A stretch of 64,000 bases of DNA, taken from Bacilli bacterium. Lineage in GTDB: Bacteria; Bacillota_I; Bacilli_A; RF39; UBA660. Below the pieces are notes generated by a model, which did not search any database, was not told the DNA's origin, and saw only the letters and a list, made by a program, of their open reading frames with translations. Below, piece by piece: positions 1-9,292 of this stretch. Both the position numbers and the translations under genes were made by a program. The stretch covers positions 21,903-85,902 of the forward strand of contig JAFWYR010000019.1 in assembly GCA_017522615.1 (NCBI GenBank). Direction: 5' to 3'. Numbering within the stretch: the first letter of the stretch is position 1; each line of letters opens with the position of its first letter.

Positions 1-761
1 TGGTAGTTACAATGGATTGTGATGGTCAGCACACTACTAAAGATGCGAATAAATTAGTTAAAGCATGTTTTAGAGAAGATGATAAACTTATTTTAGGTTC
101 TAGGAGGAGAGGTAAAAATACCCCTCTTAGAAGTTATTTAGGTAATTTTATTACGAGATTCATATATAGAGCAGTTACTTCGGTTGATATATATGATACT
201 CAGACAGGACTTAGATGTTTTTCAGATAAACTTATGGATTATATGTTATCAGTAAGTGGCGATAGGTATGAATATGAAATGAATGTTCTACTTGGAGCAA
301 GAGATAATAATATTAAGTTAAAGGAGGTATGGATTCAAACGATATACGAAGATAATAATAGAGGCTCGCATTTTAATACACTTAAAGATTCTTTTAAAAT
401 ATATAAGGAAATAATTAAATTTTCTCTTTCTTCAATTTTTAGTTTTGTAATAGATTATGTGCTTTTTGTATTATTTAATTTCTTTACTTTAAATACTATA
501 TTATCTAATGTTATGTCTAGAATTATTAGTTCTTCTTTTAATTATAATGTGAATAAAAAAATTGTTTTTAAATCTAATAGTAATTCTATAATTAAATATT
601 TTGGGCTTGCACTGTTAATTTTAATATTAAATACTTCTGTACTTTATGTTTTGTCTAATTTTGTAAATACATATTTAGCTAAGATAATAACTGAATTAAT
701 TATGTTTTTCTTTAGTTATTTTGTTCAGAAAAATTATATATTTGAGGGTGATGATAAATGA
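1..761 (+). CDS. Family 2 glycosyltransferase (GtrB/DPM1-like), 5'-truncated at window edge
   Basis: Frame is open back to position 1. 'CDGQH' matches the DxDxQH-type GT2 motif. C-terminal third is hydrophobic (two or more TM helices), as in polyprenyl-phosphate glycosyltransferases. Confidence 0.6.
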   Translation, partial: VVTMDCDGQHTTKDANKLVKACFREDDKLILGSRRRGKNTPLRSYLGNFITRFIYRAVTSVDIYDTQTGLRCFSDKLMDYMLSVSGDRYEYEMNVLLGARDNNIKLKEVWIQTIYEDNNRGSHFNTLKDSFKIYKEIIKFSLSSIFSFVIDYVLFVLFNFFTLNTILSNVMSRIISSSFNYNVNKKIVFKSNSNSIIKYFGLALLILILNTSVLYVLSNFVNTYLAKIITELIMFFFSYFVQKNYIFEGDDK

Positions 762-1627
762 AAAATCATAAGTTAAGTATAATATATTTAATTATTTTAA
801 TTATATTTACGGTGTATGTGGTTTTAGATACATTTGTTTTTTCGAGTGTTTACACGGTTACTCAAAATAAAAATACTAAAAAAATAAATTCTGGTGATGT
901 TACTTTAACAGATAATAGTTACTCTGATGATAATATAGAAATTAATATTAAAGAATATAGAGAAAATGATACGACTATATATGTAGCTGATGTGGTTTTG
1001 AAAGATAATAGTTTACTTAAAACTGCTTTTGCGAATAACAGTTATGGTAAAAATATTACGGCTAAAACATCTTCTATTTCTGAAAGTGTTAAAGCTATTC
1101 TTTCGGTGAATGGTGATTATTATGGTGTTCAAGAGAAGGGTTATGTACTTAAAAATGGAAATATTTATAGAAATACTTCATCTGGTAATGAGGATTTGGT
1201 AATTTATAAAGATGGTTCATTTGAAATTGTAAATGAAGATGATGTAAGTTTAGAAAGTTTAGTTTCTAAAGGAGCTTATAATGTTTTATCTTTTGGCCCA
1301 GCTTTAATTATAGACGGAGATATAAGTATCTCTAAAAATGAGGAAGTAGGTAAAGCAATGGCGAGTAATCCTAGAACAGCTATTGGAAAAATATCAGATA
1401 ATCATTATGTATTTGTAGTTTCTGATGGAAGAACAAGCGATTCTGAAGGTCTTTCTTTATATGAACTCGCTTCATTTATGAAAAGTCTCGGCTGTGATAT
1501 AGCTTATAATTTGGATGGTGGGGGATCATCTACTATGTATTTTAATGGTAAGGTTATAAATAATACAGTCGGTGGAAGAGGAGAGTCAGAAAGGAGTGTG
1601 AGTGATATTGTTTATATTGGATATTGA
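758..1627 (+). CDS. Exported phosphodiester glycosidase-family protein (DUF2233/NAGPA-like)
   Basis: N-terminal TM/signal anchor. 'NLDGGGSSTMYF' and 'SVNGDYYG' motifs are typical of the NAGPA-like phosphodiester glycosidase fold. Start overlaps the upstream stop (ATGA). Confidence 0.55.
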   Translation: MKNHKLSIIYLIILIIFTVYVVLDTFVFSSVYTVTQNKNTKKINSGDVTLTDNSYSDDNIEINIKEYRENDTTIYVADVVLKDNSLLKTAFANNSYGKNITAKTSSISESVKAILSVNGDYYGVQEKGYVLKNGNIYRNTSSGNEDLVIYKDGSFEIVNEDDVSLESLVSKGAYNVLSFGPALIIDGDISISKNEEVGKAMASNPRTAIGKISDNHYVFVVSDGRTSDSEGLSLYELASFMKSLGCDIAYNLDGGGSSTMYFNGKVINNTVGGRGESERSVSDIVYIGY

Positions 1628-1991
1628 TGATTATAAAAAAGAAAATAAAATATATATTGGATTTACGGTATTCTTTGTTATATTTTCTTTTATATATGAA
1701 TTGTTTAGTCATGGCGTATATTCTAATTTTATGATTTTTGTTTTTACATTTCCTTTAATTGGACTTTTTATGAATAATATATTTATTAAAAATAAGTTTT
1801 TAATACCTAAAATATCTCGAAATTTATTTGATATGTCTCTTTTAACTTTCTCTTTTGGGAGTATTATTGAGGGGGTGTTAGAAATATATGGAACTACTAA
1901 TTCTTTAATATTTGTATATTTGATAGTTGGAATTACCTTAATGTTTTTTAGTATGATTAGTGTGGTGATTTTTCTTCCAAATAAAGATTAA
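1602..1991 (+). CDS. Small polytopic membrane protein, unknown function
   Basis: 129-aa ORF, very hydrophobic with about 4 TM helices; no recognisable motif. Confidence 0.35.
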   Translation: MILFILDIDDYKKENKIYIGFTVFFVIFSFIYELFSHGVYSNFMIFVFTFPLIGLFMNNIFIKNKFLIPKISRNLFDMSLLTFSFGSIIEGVLEIYGTTNSLIFVYLIVGITLMFFSMISVVIFLPNKD

Positions 1992-2051
1992 AAATAATCT
2001 TTTATAATTTATTTTTTCTGTGTATAATAATATATAGAAAGAGGGATATAT

Positions 2052-2393
2052 ATGAGTATAAAGATTGAAAGAATATCGGATGCTTTAATAGAAGAGATAA
2101 GTTATATTTTAAATAATAAAGTTAAAAATAAAGATATTAATTTTGTTACTGTTACAGATGTAAAGGTTAGTAATGATTTAGGTCATGCGAAGGTTTATTT
2201 TACTGTTTTGGATGAAAGTAAAATAGATATTACTCTTAAAGCTTTGAAAGAAGCTTCTGGATTTATTCGTCATGAACTTAGGGAAAGAGTTGATATAAGG
2301 CAAATTCCCGAATTATCCTTTGTCTATGATGAGTCTATCAATGAGGCTAAGAAGATTGAGGATATAATTGAAAAATTACATGAAGAAAACTAA
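2052..2393 (+). CDS. rbfA: Ribosome-binding factor A
   Basis: 113 aa with the RbfA-like N-terminus 'RISDALIEEISYIL' and the 'VTVTDVKVSNDLGHAKVYF' core. RBS 'agagggatat' lies upstream. Confidence 0.85.
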   Translation: MSIKIERISDALIEEISYILNNKVKNKDINFVTVTDVKVSNDLGHAKVYFTVLDESKIDITLKALKEASGFIRHELRERVDIRQIPELSFVYDESINEAKKIEDIIEKLHEEN

Positions 2394-2412
2394 AGGAATA
2401 TGTATAGAAAAA

Positions 2413-2441
2413 CTTGACACACATATAATTTATGTGTATAA
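2413..2441 (+). promoter_or_regulatory. Sigma-A type promoter of the infC-rpmI-rplT operon (TTGACA, 17 nt, TATAAT)
   Basis: Exact TTGACA at 2413-2418 and TATAAT 17 nt downstream. Confidence 0.5.
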
Positions 2442-2444
2442 TTG

Positions 2445-2575
2445 AATGCGTAATTTGAAAAAGGAAAGAAGAAGTGCCTACTTCTCACCCGATTGCAATA
2501 GAGTGATGGGTTGAATGCCGAGGATTTTTTAAGATAGGTTAAGTGGGCACTTTGTGCTCACTTTTTTGATGAAAT
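2445..2575 (+). promoter_or_regulatory. L20-leader-like 5' UTR with intrinsic terminator/attenuator upstream of infC
   Basis: GC-enriched structured leader. A hairpin 'AGTGGGCAC..GTGCTCACT' plus T-run sits immediately 5' of infC. Position and organisation match the L20-autoregulated infC leader of Bacillus. Confidence 0.45.
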
Positions 2576-3118
2576 ATGGAGGTGTCTAGTATCGCAAGAG
2601 AGAGAGATTTGTATATCAATGAGCAAATACGTGCCAAGGAAGTTATGGTTATTGGTCCTAATGGAGAACAGTTAGGTGTTAAACCTATTAAAGATGCTTT
2701 AACGCTTGCTTCTTATGCAGGATTTGATTTAGTTTTGATGAATCCAGGTGGAAAACCACCAGTTTGTAAGATTATGGATTATAATCGTTATAAATATGAA
2801 AATAAGAAGAAACAAAAAGAAAATATGAAAAAACAACGTGAAGCTAACTTAGATATGAAAGAATTTAAGTTATCTGTCACTATCGATGTTCACGATTTTA
2901 ATACTAAACTTAAAAATGCTAGAAAATATTTAGAAAAAGGTCATAAAGTTAAGGTTAGTCTTAGATTCAAAGGTCGTGAGATTGCTCATAGTAATTTGGG
3001 TAGAGATGTTTTAAATAGGTTTGCTTCAGAGTGTGAAGACCTTGCTAGCGTTGAGGTTAAACCAAAAATAGATGGTCGTATTATGGCTATGATACTTGCG
3101 CCAAACAAAGAAAAGTAG
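2576..3118 (+). CDS. infC: Translation initiation factor IF-3
   Basis: 'IRAKEVMVIGPNGEQLGV' matches the conserved IF-3 N-domain. The true start may be the non-AUG ATC at 2591, which lies 6 nt after GGAGGTG; the ATG at 2576 has no SD. Confidence 0.9.
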   Translation: MEVSSIARERDLYINEQIRAKEVMVIGPNGEQLGVKPIKDALTLASYAGFDLVLMNPGGKPPVCKIMDYNRYKYENKKKQKENMKKQREANLDMKEFKLSVTIDVHDFNTKLKNARKYLEKGHKVKVSLRFKGREIAHSNLGRDVLNRFASECEDLASVEVKPKIDGRIMAMILAPNKEK

Positions 3119-3129
3119 GAGGAAGAGAT

Positions 3130-3333
3130 ATGGCAAATAAGGTAAAAGCTAAAACTCATAAGGGTTTATCTAAAGTTATTAAAGTTAGAAAAGGTGGATC
3201 AATTAAGTATCAACCTGCTAACAAATTACATCAAACTACTAATAGAAGTAATGCTTCTAGAAGAAGAAGACATCATGATTCTGGATTAAGTGGTTCTGAT
3301 TTTAAGAGATTAAAAACTATTATTAATAAGTAA
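3130..3333 (+). CDS. rpmI: 50S ribosomal protein L35
   Basis: 67-aa basic protein between infC and rplT, the canonical operon position. RBS 'aggaggaag'. Confidence 0.8.
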   Translation: MANKVKAKTHKGLSKVIKVRKGGSIKYQPANKLHQTTNRSNASRRRRHHDSGLSGSDFKRLKTIINK

Positions 3334-3350
3334 TTGAAGGAGGAAATAAA

Positions 3351-3944
3351 ATGAGAGTTAAAGGTGGAACTATACATCGTGCAAGAAGAAAGAAAGCACT
3401 AAAACAAGCTAAAGGTTATTTTGGTAGTAAACATAGACTTTATAAGACAGCTAAGGAACAAGTAATGCATTCTGGTGCTTATGCTTATAGAGATAGAAAG
3501 GCTAGAAAAAGAGATTTCAGAAAGTTATGGATAACTCGTATTAATGCTGCATGTAGATTAAATGAAATTAGTTATTCTAGATTTATAGATGGACTTAATA
3601 AAGCAGGAATCGAAATTAACAGAAAGATGCTTGCTGAAATAGCTATCGATGATGAAAAGGCATTTGCAGAATTAGTAAAAGTAGCTAAAGGAGCATTAGA
3701 AGGTAGAGAATATACTCCTAAGGCTGTTAAAAAAGAAACAGTAAAGAAAGAAGCTGCTAAGAAAGAGGTTAAAAAAGAAACCGCTAAAAAGGAAGTAAAA
3801 AAAGAAACTAAAACTGCAAAGAAAGCACCAAAAGTTGATTTAAATAGTCTTACAGTTTCTGAACTTAAAAATTTAGCTAAAGAAAAGAAAATTTCTGGTT
3901 ATTCAACTATGAAAAAAGACGAATTAATTAAAGCTTTAAAATAG
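3351..3944 (+). CDS. rplT: 50S ribosomal protein L20 with Lys-rich repeat and Rho_N/SAP-like C-terminal extension
   Basis: N-terminal ~118 aa is canonical L20 ('[14 protein letters not shown]...'). C-terminus has KKEx repeats and '[34 protein letters not shown]'. Confidence 0.9.
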   Translation: MRVKGGTIHRARRKKALKQAKGYFGSKHRLYKTAKEQVMHSGAYAYRDRKARKRDFRKLWITRINAACRLNEISYSRFIDGLNKAGIEINRKMLAEIAIDDEKAFAELVKVAKGALEGREYTPKAVKKETVKKEAAKKEVKKETAKKEVKKETKTAKKAPKVDLNSLTVSELKNLAKEKKISGYSTMKKDELIKALK

Positions 3945-3980
3945 GGAGAAAATCCTTATTTTTTCTGATTGAGGTGTTTA

Positions 3981-4475
3981 ATGAAAAATTTATATATAGA
4001 TTTTGATGGAGTTATATGCAATACTATTGAAATTACTTATAAGATGATTGAAGAGCGAGGTATTGATAAAGAAGATACTGAAGCGGTTTCCAATTTTTAT
4101 AGAGATTTAGATTGGAACAAGGTTTTAGATATATGTACAAATATCAATGATTCAATGCATAATATTCAGAAACTTATAAGTAGTGGAAAATTTAATATTG
4201 CAATACTTACACATGTCAATTCGATGGATGAAGTTATTGCTAAAGTTAAATATATTAGAAAATTTTTGAAGGATGTTACGATTATTCCGGTACCTAAGAG
4301 TATTTCTAAAACTCAAATGATTAATGCGAGATTTTCTATATTGGTTGATGATTATAATCAAAATTTAGATGAATGGAAGGCAGCTGGTGGAATAGGCGTA
4401 AGGTTTGATTTGGATATGGATAGCAAAGGTTTTTTGGTAATTGATCGTTTGGATGATTTACTTGAATTATTCTAA
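3981..4475 (+). CDS. HAD-superfamily 5'(3')-deoxyribonucleotidase-like protein
   Basis: 'LYIDFDGVICN' DxDx(V/T) HAD motif I at the N-terminus; size about 165 aa. ATG 3981 with 'GAGGTG' SD preferred over the ORF-track start 3969. Confidence 0.5.
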   Translation: MKNLYIDFDGVICNTIEITYKMIEERGIDKEDTEAVSNFYRDLDWNKVLDICTNINDSMHNIQKLISSGKFNIAILTHVNSMDEVIAKVKYIRKFLKDVTIIPVPKSISKTQMINARFSILVDDYNQNLDEWKAAGGIGVRFDLDMDSKGFLVIDRLDDLLELF

Positions 4476-4533
4476 TCTTATATACTAATTTATGTAAAAA
4501 TGATATAATTGATGTTAGTTTGGAGATGAGGAT

Positions 4534-5526
4534 ATGTTAATACTTGCTAAGGCAGTTATGGCAATTATGCTTGGATTTTGTTTTTCAGTATTCTTTGGAT
4601 ATTTTGCTATAAAGTTACTTAAAAAAAGACATATTAGACAATCTGTAAGTAGTTCTCTTGGTAAAAAACATTTAGCTAAAGAGGGAACCCCAACGATGGG
4701 AGGAATAATATTTATAATTCCGACTGTTGTTATTATGTTACTTTTAGTCCTGACTGGACGAATAGAATTTTCAACGAACTTATTTATTGTTTTATTTGTC
4801 TTTGTATCATATGCTTTACTTGGTCTTTTAGACGATGTATTGATTATTAAAAAACATAATAATGAAGGCTTGTCTGTATTTATGAAACTTGCTTTACAAA
4901 TTGTAATTGCTTTAATATTTTTCTATATATTTTTAAGTAGTGGTAATGATCCAATTGTTAATATTCATACGTTAGGAATTAAACTTAATTTAGGTTGGTT
5001 TTATGGAATGTTTTTACTTTTTGTACTTGTTGCAAGTAGTAATGCAGTAAATATTACTGATGGACTTGACGGTCTTGCTGGAGGTCTTTCAGCAATTGCA
5101 TTTGCAGCTTTTGGTATTATTACTTGGGGTGCTAATTGGGCAGCTGGTAATGAAGAAGTTGCGATATTCTGTTTTGTTTTAGTTGGTGCGTTAGTGGGAT
5201 TTTTAGTCTATAATGCACATCCAGCTAAAATATTTATGGGAGATACTGGTTCTCTTGCTTTGGGTGCTGCTTTAGCTAGTGTAGCAATAATTACAAACCA
5301 TGAACTTACTTTGGTTATTGTAGCTTTGGTATTTATTATAGAGACACTTAGTGTTATAATCCAATATGTTGCATTAATTAAATTTAAAACTAAAGTATTT
5401 TTAATGGCACCGCTTCATCATCATTTTGAAAAATTAGGATGGTCAGAAGTAGATGTTGTTAGGTTATTTTGGTCTGTCGGGTTATTACTCGGTATGGCCG
5501 CAATAGGATTTGGCGTTTGGATTTAG
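4534..5526 (+). CDS. mraY: Phospho-N-acetylmuramoyl-pentapeptide transferase
   Basis: 10-TM protein carrying the MraY signature region ('NAVNITDGLDGLAGG', 'GDTGSLALGAALA'), ending in 'HHHFE..GW'. Confidence 0.9.
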   Translation: MLILAKAVMAIMLGFCFSVFFGYFAIKLLKKRHIRQSVSSSLGKKHLAKEGTPTMGGIIFIIPTVVIMLLLVLTGRIEFSTNLFIVLFVFVSYALLGLLDDVLIIKKHNNEGLSVFMKLALQIVIALIFFYIFLSSGNDPIVNIHTLGIKLNLGWFYGMFLLFVLVASSNAVNITDGLDGLAGGLSAIAFAAFGIITWGANWAAGNEEVAIFCFVLVGALVGFLVYNAHPAKIFMGDTGSLALGAALASVAIITNHELTLVIVALVFIIETLSVIIQYVALIKFKTKVFLMAPLHHHFEKLGWSEVDVVRLFWSVGLLLGMAAIGFGVWI

Positions 5527-5541
5527 AAGGAGGAAATGTAA

Positions 5542-6795
5542 ATGAGTAAAAATGAGAAAAAAATTGAAATTAAAATAGAAGGTAAGGAGTGGCAAAAATG
5601 CTTAGATAGAGCATTTGATAAAAATATTAAAAAGGTTAAAATAGATGGTTTTAGACCTGGTAAAGCTCCTAAAAATGTATTTTTAAAGAAATATGGTATA
5701 GAATCTTTATTTATGGATGCTGCTGATTTTGCAATTGAGGCTGCTTATACTAAAGTATTAACTGATAATAAAGATATTGCTGAAAAGTTAGTTGCTAGAC
5801 CTGATGTACAAATGTTAGATGTGAATGAAAAAGAAATCACATTCGAATTTACTTTAACTACAAAACCTGAAATTAAGTTAGGTAAATATACTGATTTAGG
5901 TGTTGAAAAAGAAAAAGTTAAAGTTACTAAGAAAGAAATTGAAGAATCAATTGATAATATTAGAAAGAGATATACAGAAGATATTATTAAAGAAGGTAAA
6001 ATTGCCGATGGTGATATTGCAGTTATCGATTTTGAAGGATTTATCGATGATAAAGCATTTGATGGTGGTAAGGGAACAGATTATTCTTTAAAGATAGGTA
6101 GCGGAACTTTTATTCCTGGTTTTGAGGAACAATTAATTGGTCTTAAAGCTTCAGATGATAAAGATGTTAAAGTTACTTTCCCTGAAGATTATCACGCTTC
6201 AGAATTAAAAGGAAAAGAAGCTATATTTAAAGTACATATTAATGAAGTTAAAGAAGTTAAACTTCCTGAATTAGATAAAGATTTCTTTGAAGATTTAGGT
6301 ATGGAAGGTGTAACTAATAAAGAAGAATTAGAAGCTCAAGTTAAAGAAAATATTAAAAAACATAAAGAAGGACATGCTGAAAATGATTATTTAGATAAAT
6401 TACTTGAGACAGCGGCAGCTAATGTTAAAGTTGATATTCCTGATGCGATGATTAATGAAGAATTAGATAGAATGATTAGAGAATATAGTGAAAACTTAAA
6501 AATGCAAGGTATTACTTTAGAACAATTCTATCAATTCACTAATTCTGATGAAAAAGCACTTAAAGAAAGAATGAGAGATGAAGCTGTTAAGAGAATTACA
6601 TATAGGTTAATGCTTGAAGAAATTGCTAATAAAGAAAAGATTGAAATTTCTGACAAAGATGCTAAAAAAGAAGTTAAAGAATTAGCTAAGAAATATGGAG
6701 TTTCTGAAGATGAATTCTTAATGAATTTTGGCGGTTTAGATTTGGTTAAATATGATCTTAGAATGAGAAGAGCAATGGATATTTTGAAAAAATAA
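5542..6795 (+). CDS. tig: Trigger factor
   Basis: 417 aa. N-terminal ribosome-binding domain with 'GFRPGKAPK' signature, followed by PPIase and C-terminal domains. Confidence 0.9.
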   Translation: MSKNEKKIEIKIEGKEWQKCLDRAFDKNIKKVKIDGFRPGKAPKNVFLKKYGIESLFMDAADFAIEAAYTKVLTDNKDIAEKLVARPDVQMLDVNEKEITFEFTLTTKPEIKLGKYTDLGVEKEKVKVTKKEIEESIDNIRKRYTEDIIKEGKIADGDIAVIDFEGFIDDKAFDGGKGTDYSLKIGSGTFIPGFEEQLIGLKASDDKDVKVTFPEDYHASELKGKEAIFKVHINEVKEVKLPELDKDFFEDLGMEGVTNKEELEAQVKENIKKHKEGHAENDYLDKLLETAAANVKVDIPDAMINEELDRMIREYSENLKMQGITLEQFYQFTNSDEKALKERMRDEAVKRITYRLMLEEIANKEKIEISDKDAKKEVKELAKKYGVSEDEFLMNFGGLDLVKYDLRMRRAMDILKK

Positions 6796-6807
6796 AGGTA
6801 TGATTAG

Positions 6808-6965
6808 TCATATCTTTTTTTTATTAAAAAAGTTACTAAGGAAGTTACTAAGAAAAATAGTATTCAAACAGCAAAGAGATTGTTAGCCAATAAAGTAGAT
6901 ATTGACATAATAGTTGATTTGGTAGGTCTAACAAAAGAAGAAATTGAAAAAATAAAAAATGAATA
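6808..6965 (+). pseudogene. Short remnant resembling the C-terminus of a PD-(D/E)XK (Rpn/YhgA-type) transposase, with internal tandem duplication
   Basis: ~50-codon ORF '...KKVTKEVTKKNSIQTAKRLLANKVDIDIIVDLVGLTKEEIEKIKNE*'. The '..GLT.EEIEKI' tail is typical of that family. 'gttactaaggaa/gttactaagaaa' is directly repeated. Confidence 0.25.
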
Positions 6966-7097
6966 ATTAATATTTAGAGAATAGGCTGGTTTATGCTTTA
7001 TTCTTTTTCATTACTTGCTTTTTTAAGTTTGTCTGATATATAATGTAATTATGGAGAATATTTGTTTGCTAAGGCATGTTTTTCTTTAAATAGATAA

Positions 7098-9245
7098 ATG
7101 GGTGATAATATGTATGCTGATATATTAGTAGAAATTAATTCTTTGGAAAAAACATTTACTTATAAGATTCCTAGTGGTATTAATGCTTTAGCTGGAGAGA
7201 GAGCTTTAGTTCCTTTTGGAAGCAGAAAGCTCGAAGGATTTATTATGAAAACATATAAAGAAGGTAATTTTGATTATGAAGTTAAAGATATTATTTCTTT
7301 AATCGATGATCATCCAGTTATTAATAAAGAAATGATGGAACTTGGAAAATATATAAGTAATAAAAATTTATCTTCGTTAATATCTGCATATCAAACAATG
7401 CTTCCTAGAGCTTTAAAAGCTAAGATTAAGAGTAATATAAATAAAAAATATTTAATTTTTTTAAAGTGTGTTTCTTCAAATAACATTAAAACAGAAAAGC
7501 AAAAAGAAATTTATAATTACATATTGGATAAAGGTGAAGTTTTAAAAAGCGAGATTAGTTCAAAAGCTATTGTTAAGACTTTAATAAGTAATGGCAATAT
7601 CAAAGAATATAAAAAGGAAATATATCGATTAGATGATAAGATAAAAAAAATTAAGAAAAATTATGTTTTAACTAAAGAACAAAAAGATGTACTAACTAAG
7701 ATTGAATTTGGTAAGTTTAAACCTTATTTATTACATGGTGTTACAGGAAGTGGTAAAACATTAGTCTATATAAAATTAATTGAAAAGGTGTTAGAAAGTG
7801 GTAAGGAAGCAATATTGTTAGTTCCTGAGATTAGTTTAACGCCTCAAGTTGTAGATATATTTAAAAGTCATTTTGGTGAAGTTGTCGCTATATTACATAG
7901 TGGACTGTCTGATGGTGAAAAATTTGATGAGTGGAGAAAAATTGAAAGGGGTGAAGTATCAATTGCTATTGGAGCTAGAAGTGCCATATTTGCTCCATTT
8001 ACAAAATTAGGTATTATTATTATTGATGAAGAACATTCAACTAGTTATAAACAAGATAATATTCCAAGATATAGTGCATTAGATATTGCTTTAAAAAGAG
8101 GAATGACTTATTTTATACCTGTTGTTTTAGGTAGTGCGACTCCTAGTGTTGAAAGTTATACTAGAGCTAAAATTGGAGTATATGAATTATTAGAAATGAA
8201 AGAGAGGGTAAATAAGAATTTACCGAAAGTTGAATTAATCGATATGAAAGATGAATTTAAAAAAGGAAATAGAATTTTTTCATCTTTAGTTGTTTCTAAG
8301 ATTAATGAAAGATTAGACAATAATGAGCAGGTTATTATTTTATTAAATAGAAGAGGTTTTTCGACAGTTGTATCTTGTCATGACTGTGGATTTACGCATA
8401 AATGTCCAAATTGTGATATTCCTCTTACTTATCATAAAAAAGGTAATATTATGAAATGTCATTATTGTGATTATAGTAGTCCTAAATACTTAGAATGTCC
8501 AGAGTGTCGTAGTAGAAATATTAATTCTTTTGGTATGGGTACTGAAAAATTAGAAGAGATAATTAATTCAACATTTGATAAAGCTAAAACTATTAGAATG
8601 GATGTGGACACTACTAGAAAGAAGAATGCTCATAAGAGAATTATAGATGATTTTGGTAGTGGGAAGTATAATATTTTAGTTGGAACACAGATGATTGCTA
8701 AAGGTCTTGATTTTCCTTTAGTTACATTAGTGGTAGTTGTGAGTGGGGATGCATCACTAAATATACCTGATTTTAGAAGTGCGGAAAGAACTTATCAATT
8801 ACTTAGTCAAGTAGCTGGAAGAGCTGGGAGAGCTTCGCTTCCTGGTGAAGTTATTATTCAAGGATTTAATATGAATCATTATAGTATTATTTCTGCTAAA
8901 GATAATAATTATGAATTATTTTATAAGGAGGAAATGAAGATTAGAAAAACGTTAAAATATCCTCCATATTATAATTTGTGTTTGATTAAAGTAAGCGGAA
9001 AAAATAGTGATAAGGTGTTTGATGAAGCTAGTAAGATAAGTGTATATTTGAAAAGTCATATTAAAGATATTATATTAGGTCCTAGTTTTAGTAGTATGCC
9101 AAAAGTTAATAATGTTTATTATGTTCAAATTATTATTAAATTTAAAAATACAAAAGATATAATAAATGAATTATTGTTTATTAGAGATAGATATAAAAAA
9201 GGAACGATTTTTGTTGATATAGATTTAAATCCTATTAAGATATAG
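7098..9245 (+). CDS. priA: Primosomal protein N' (replication restart helicase PriA)
   Basis: Walker A 'GVTGSGKT', DEEH box 'IIIDEEHS', and a Cys4 zinc-binding region 'CHDCG...CPNCD...CHYCD...CPEC'. Start may be ATG 7110. Confidence 0.9.
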   Translation: MGDNMYADILVEINSLEKTFTYKIPSGINALAGERALVPFGSRKLEGFIMKTYKEGNFDYEVKDIISLIDDHPVINKEMMELGKYISNKNLSSLISAYQTMLPRALKAKIKSNINKKYLIFLKCVSSNNIKTEKQKEIYNYILDKGEVLKSEISSKAIVKTLISNGNIKEYKKEIYRLDDKIKKIKKNYVLTKEQKDVLTKIEFGKFKPYLLHGVTGSGKTLVYIKLIEKVLESGKEAILLVPEISLTPQVVDIFKSHFGEVVAILHSGLSDGEKFDEWRKIERGEVSIAIGARSAIFAPFTKLGIIIIDEEHSTSYKQDNIPRYSALDIALKRGMTYFIPVVLGSATPSVESYTRAKIGVYELLEMKERVNKNLPKVELIDMKDEFKKGNRIFSSLVVSKINERLDNNEQVIILLNRRGFSTVVSCHDCGFTHKCPNCDIPLTYHKKGNIMKCHYCDYSSPKYLECPECRSRNINSFGMGTEKLEEIINSTFDKAKTIRMDVDTTRKKNAHKRIIDDFGSGKYNILVGTQMIAKGLDFPLVTLVVVVSGDASLNIPDFRSAERTYQLLSQVAGRAGRASLPGEVIIQGFNMNHYSIISAKDNNYELFYKEEMKIRKTLKYPPYYNLCLIKVSGKNSDKVFDEASKISVYLKSHIKDIILGPSFSSMPKVNNVYYVQIIIKFKNTKDIINELLFIRDRYKKGTIFVDIDLNPIKI

Positions 9246-9292
9246 TGGTTAAATATTTAAACTTATGATAAAATATATATTAGGGTGATAGA

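Noticed and set aside
3718-3830. Periodic Lys-codon repeats in rplT (aagaaagaa.. units) that superficially resemble a short direct-repeat array
   Set aside because: They are coding, in-frame KKEx peptide repeats. There are no spacers and no cas genes, so this is not CRISPR.
4152-4361. 69-aa minus-strand ORF inside the HAD nucleotidase gene
   Set aside because: Antisense shadow ORF with an AT-rich frame (Ile/Asn/Phe/Arg), and no start context.
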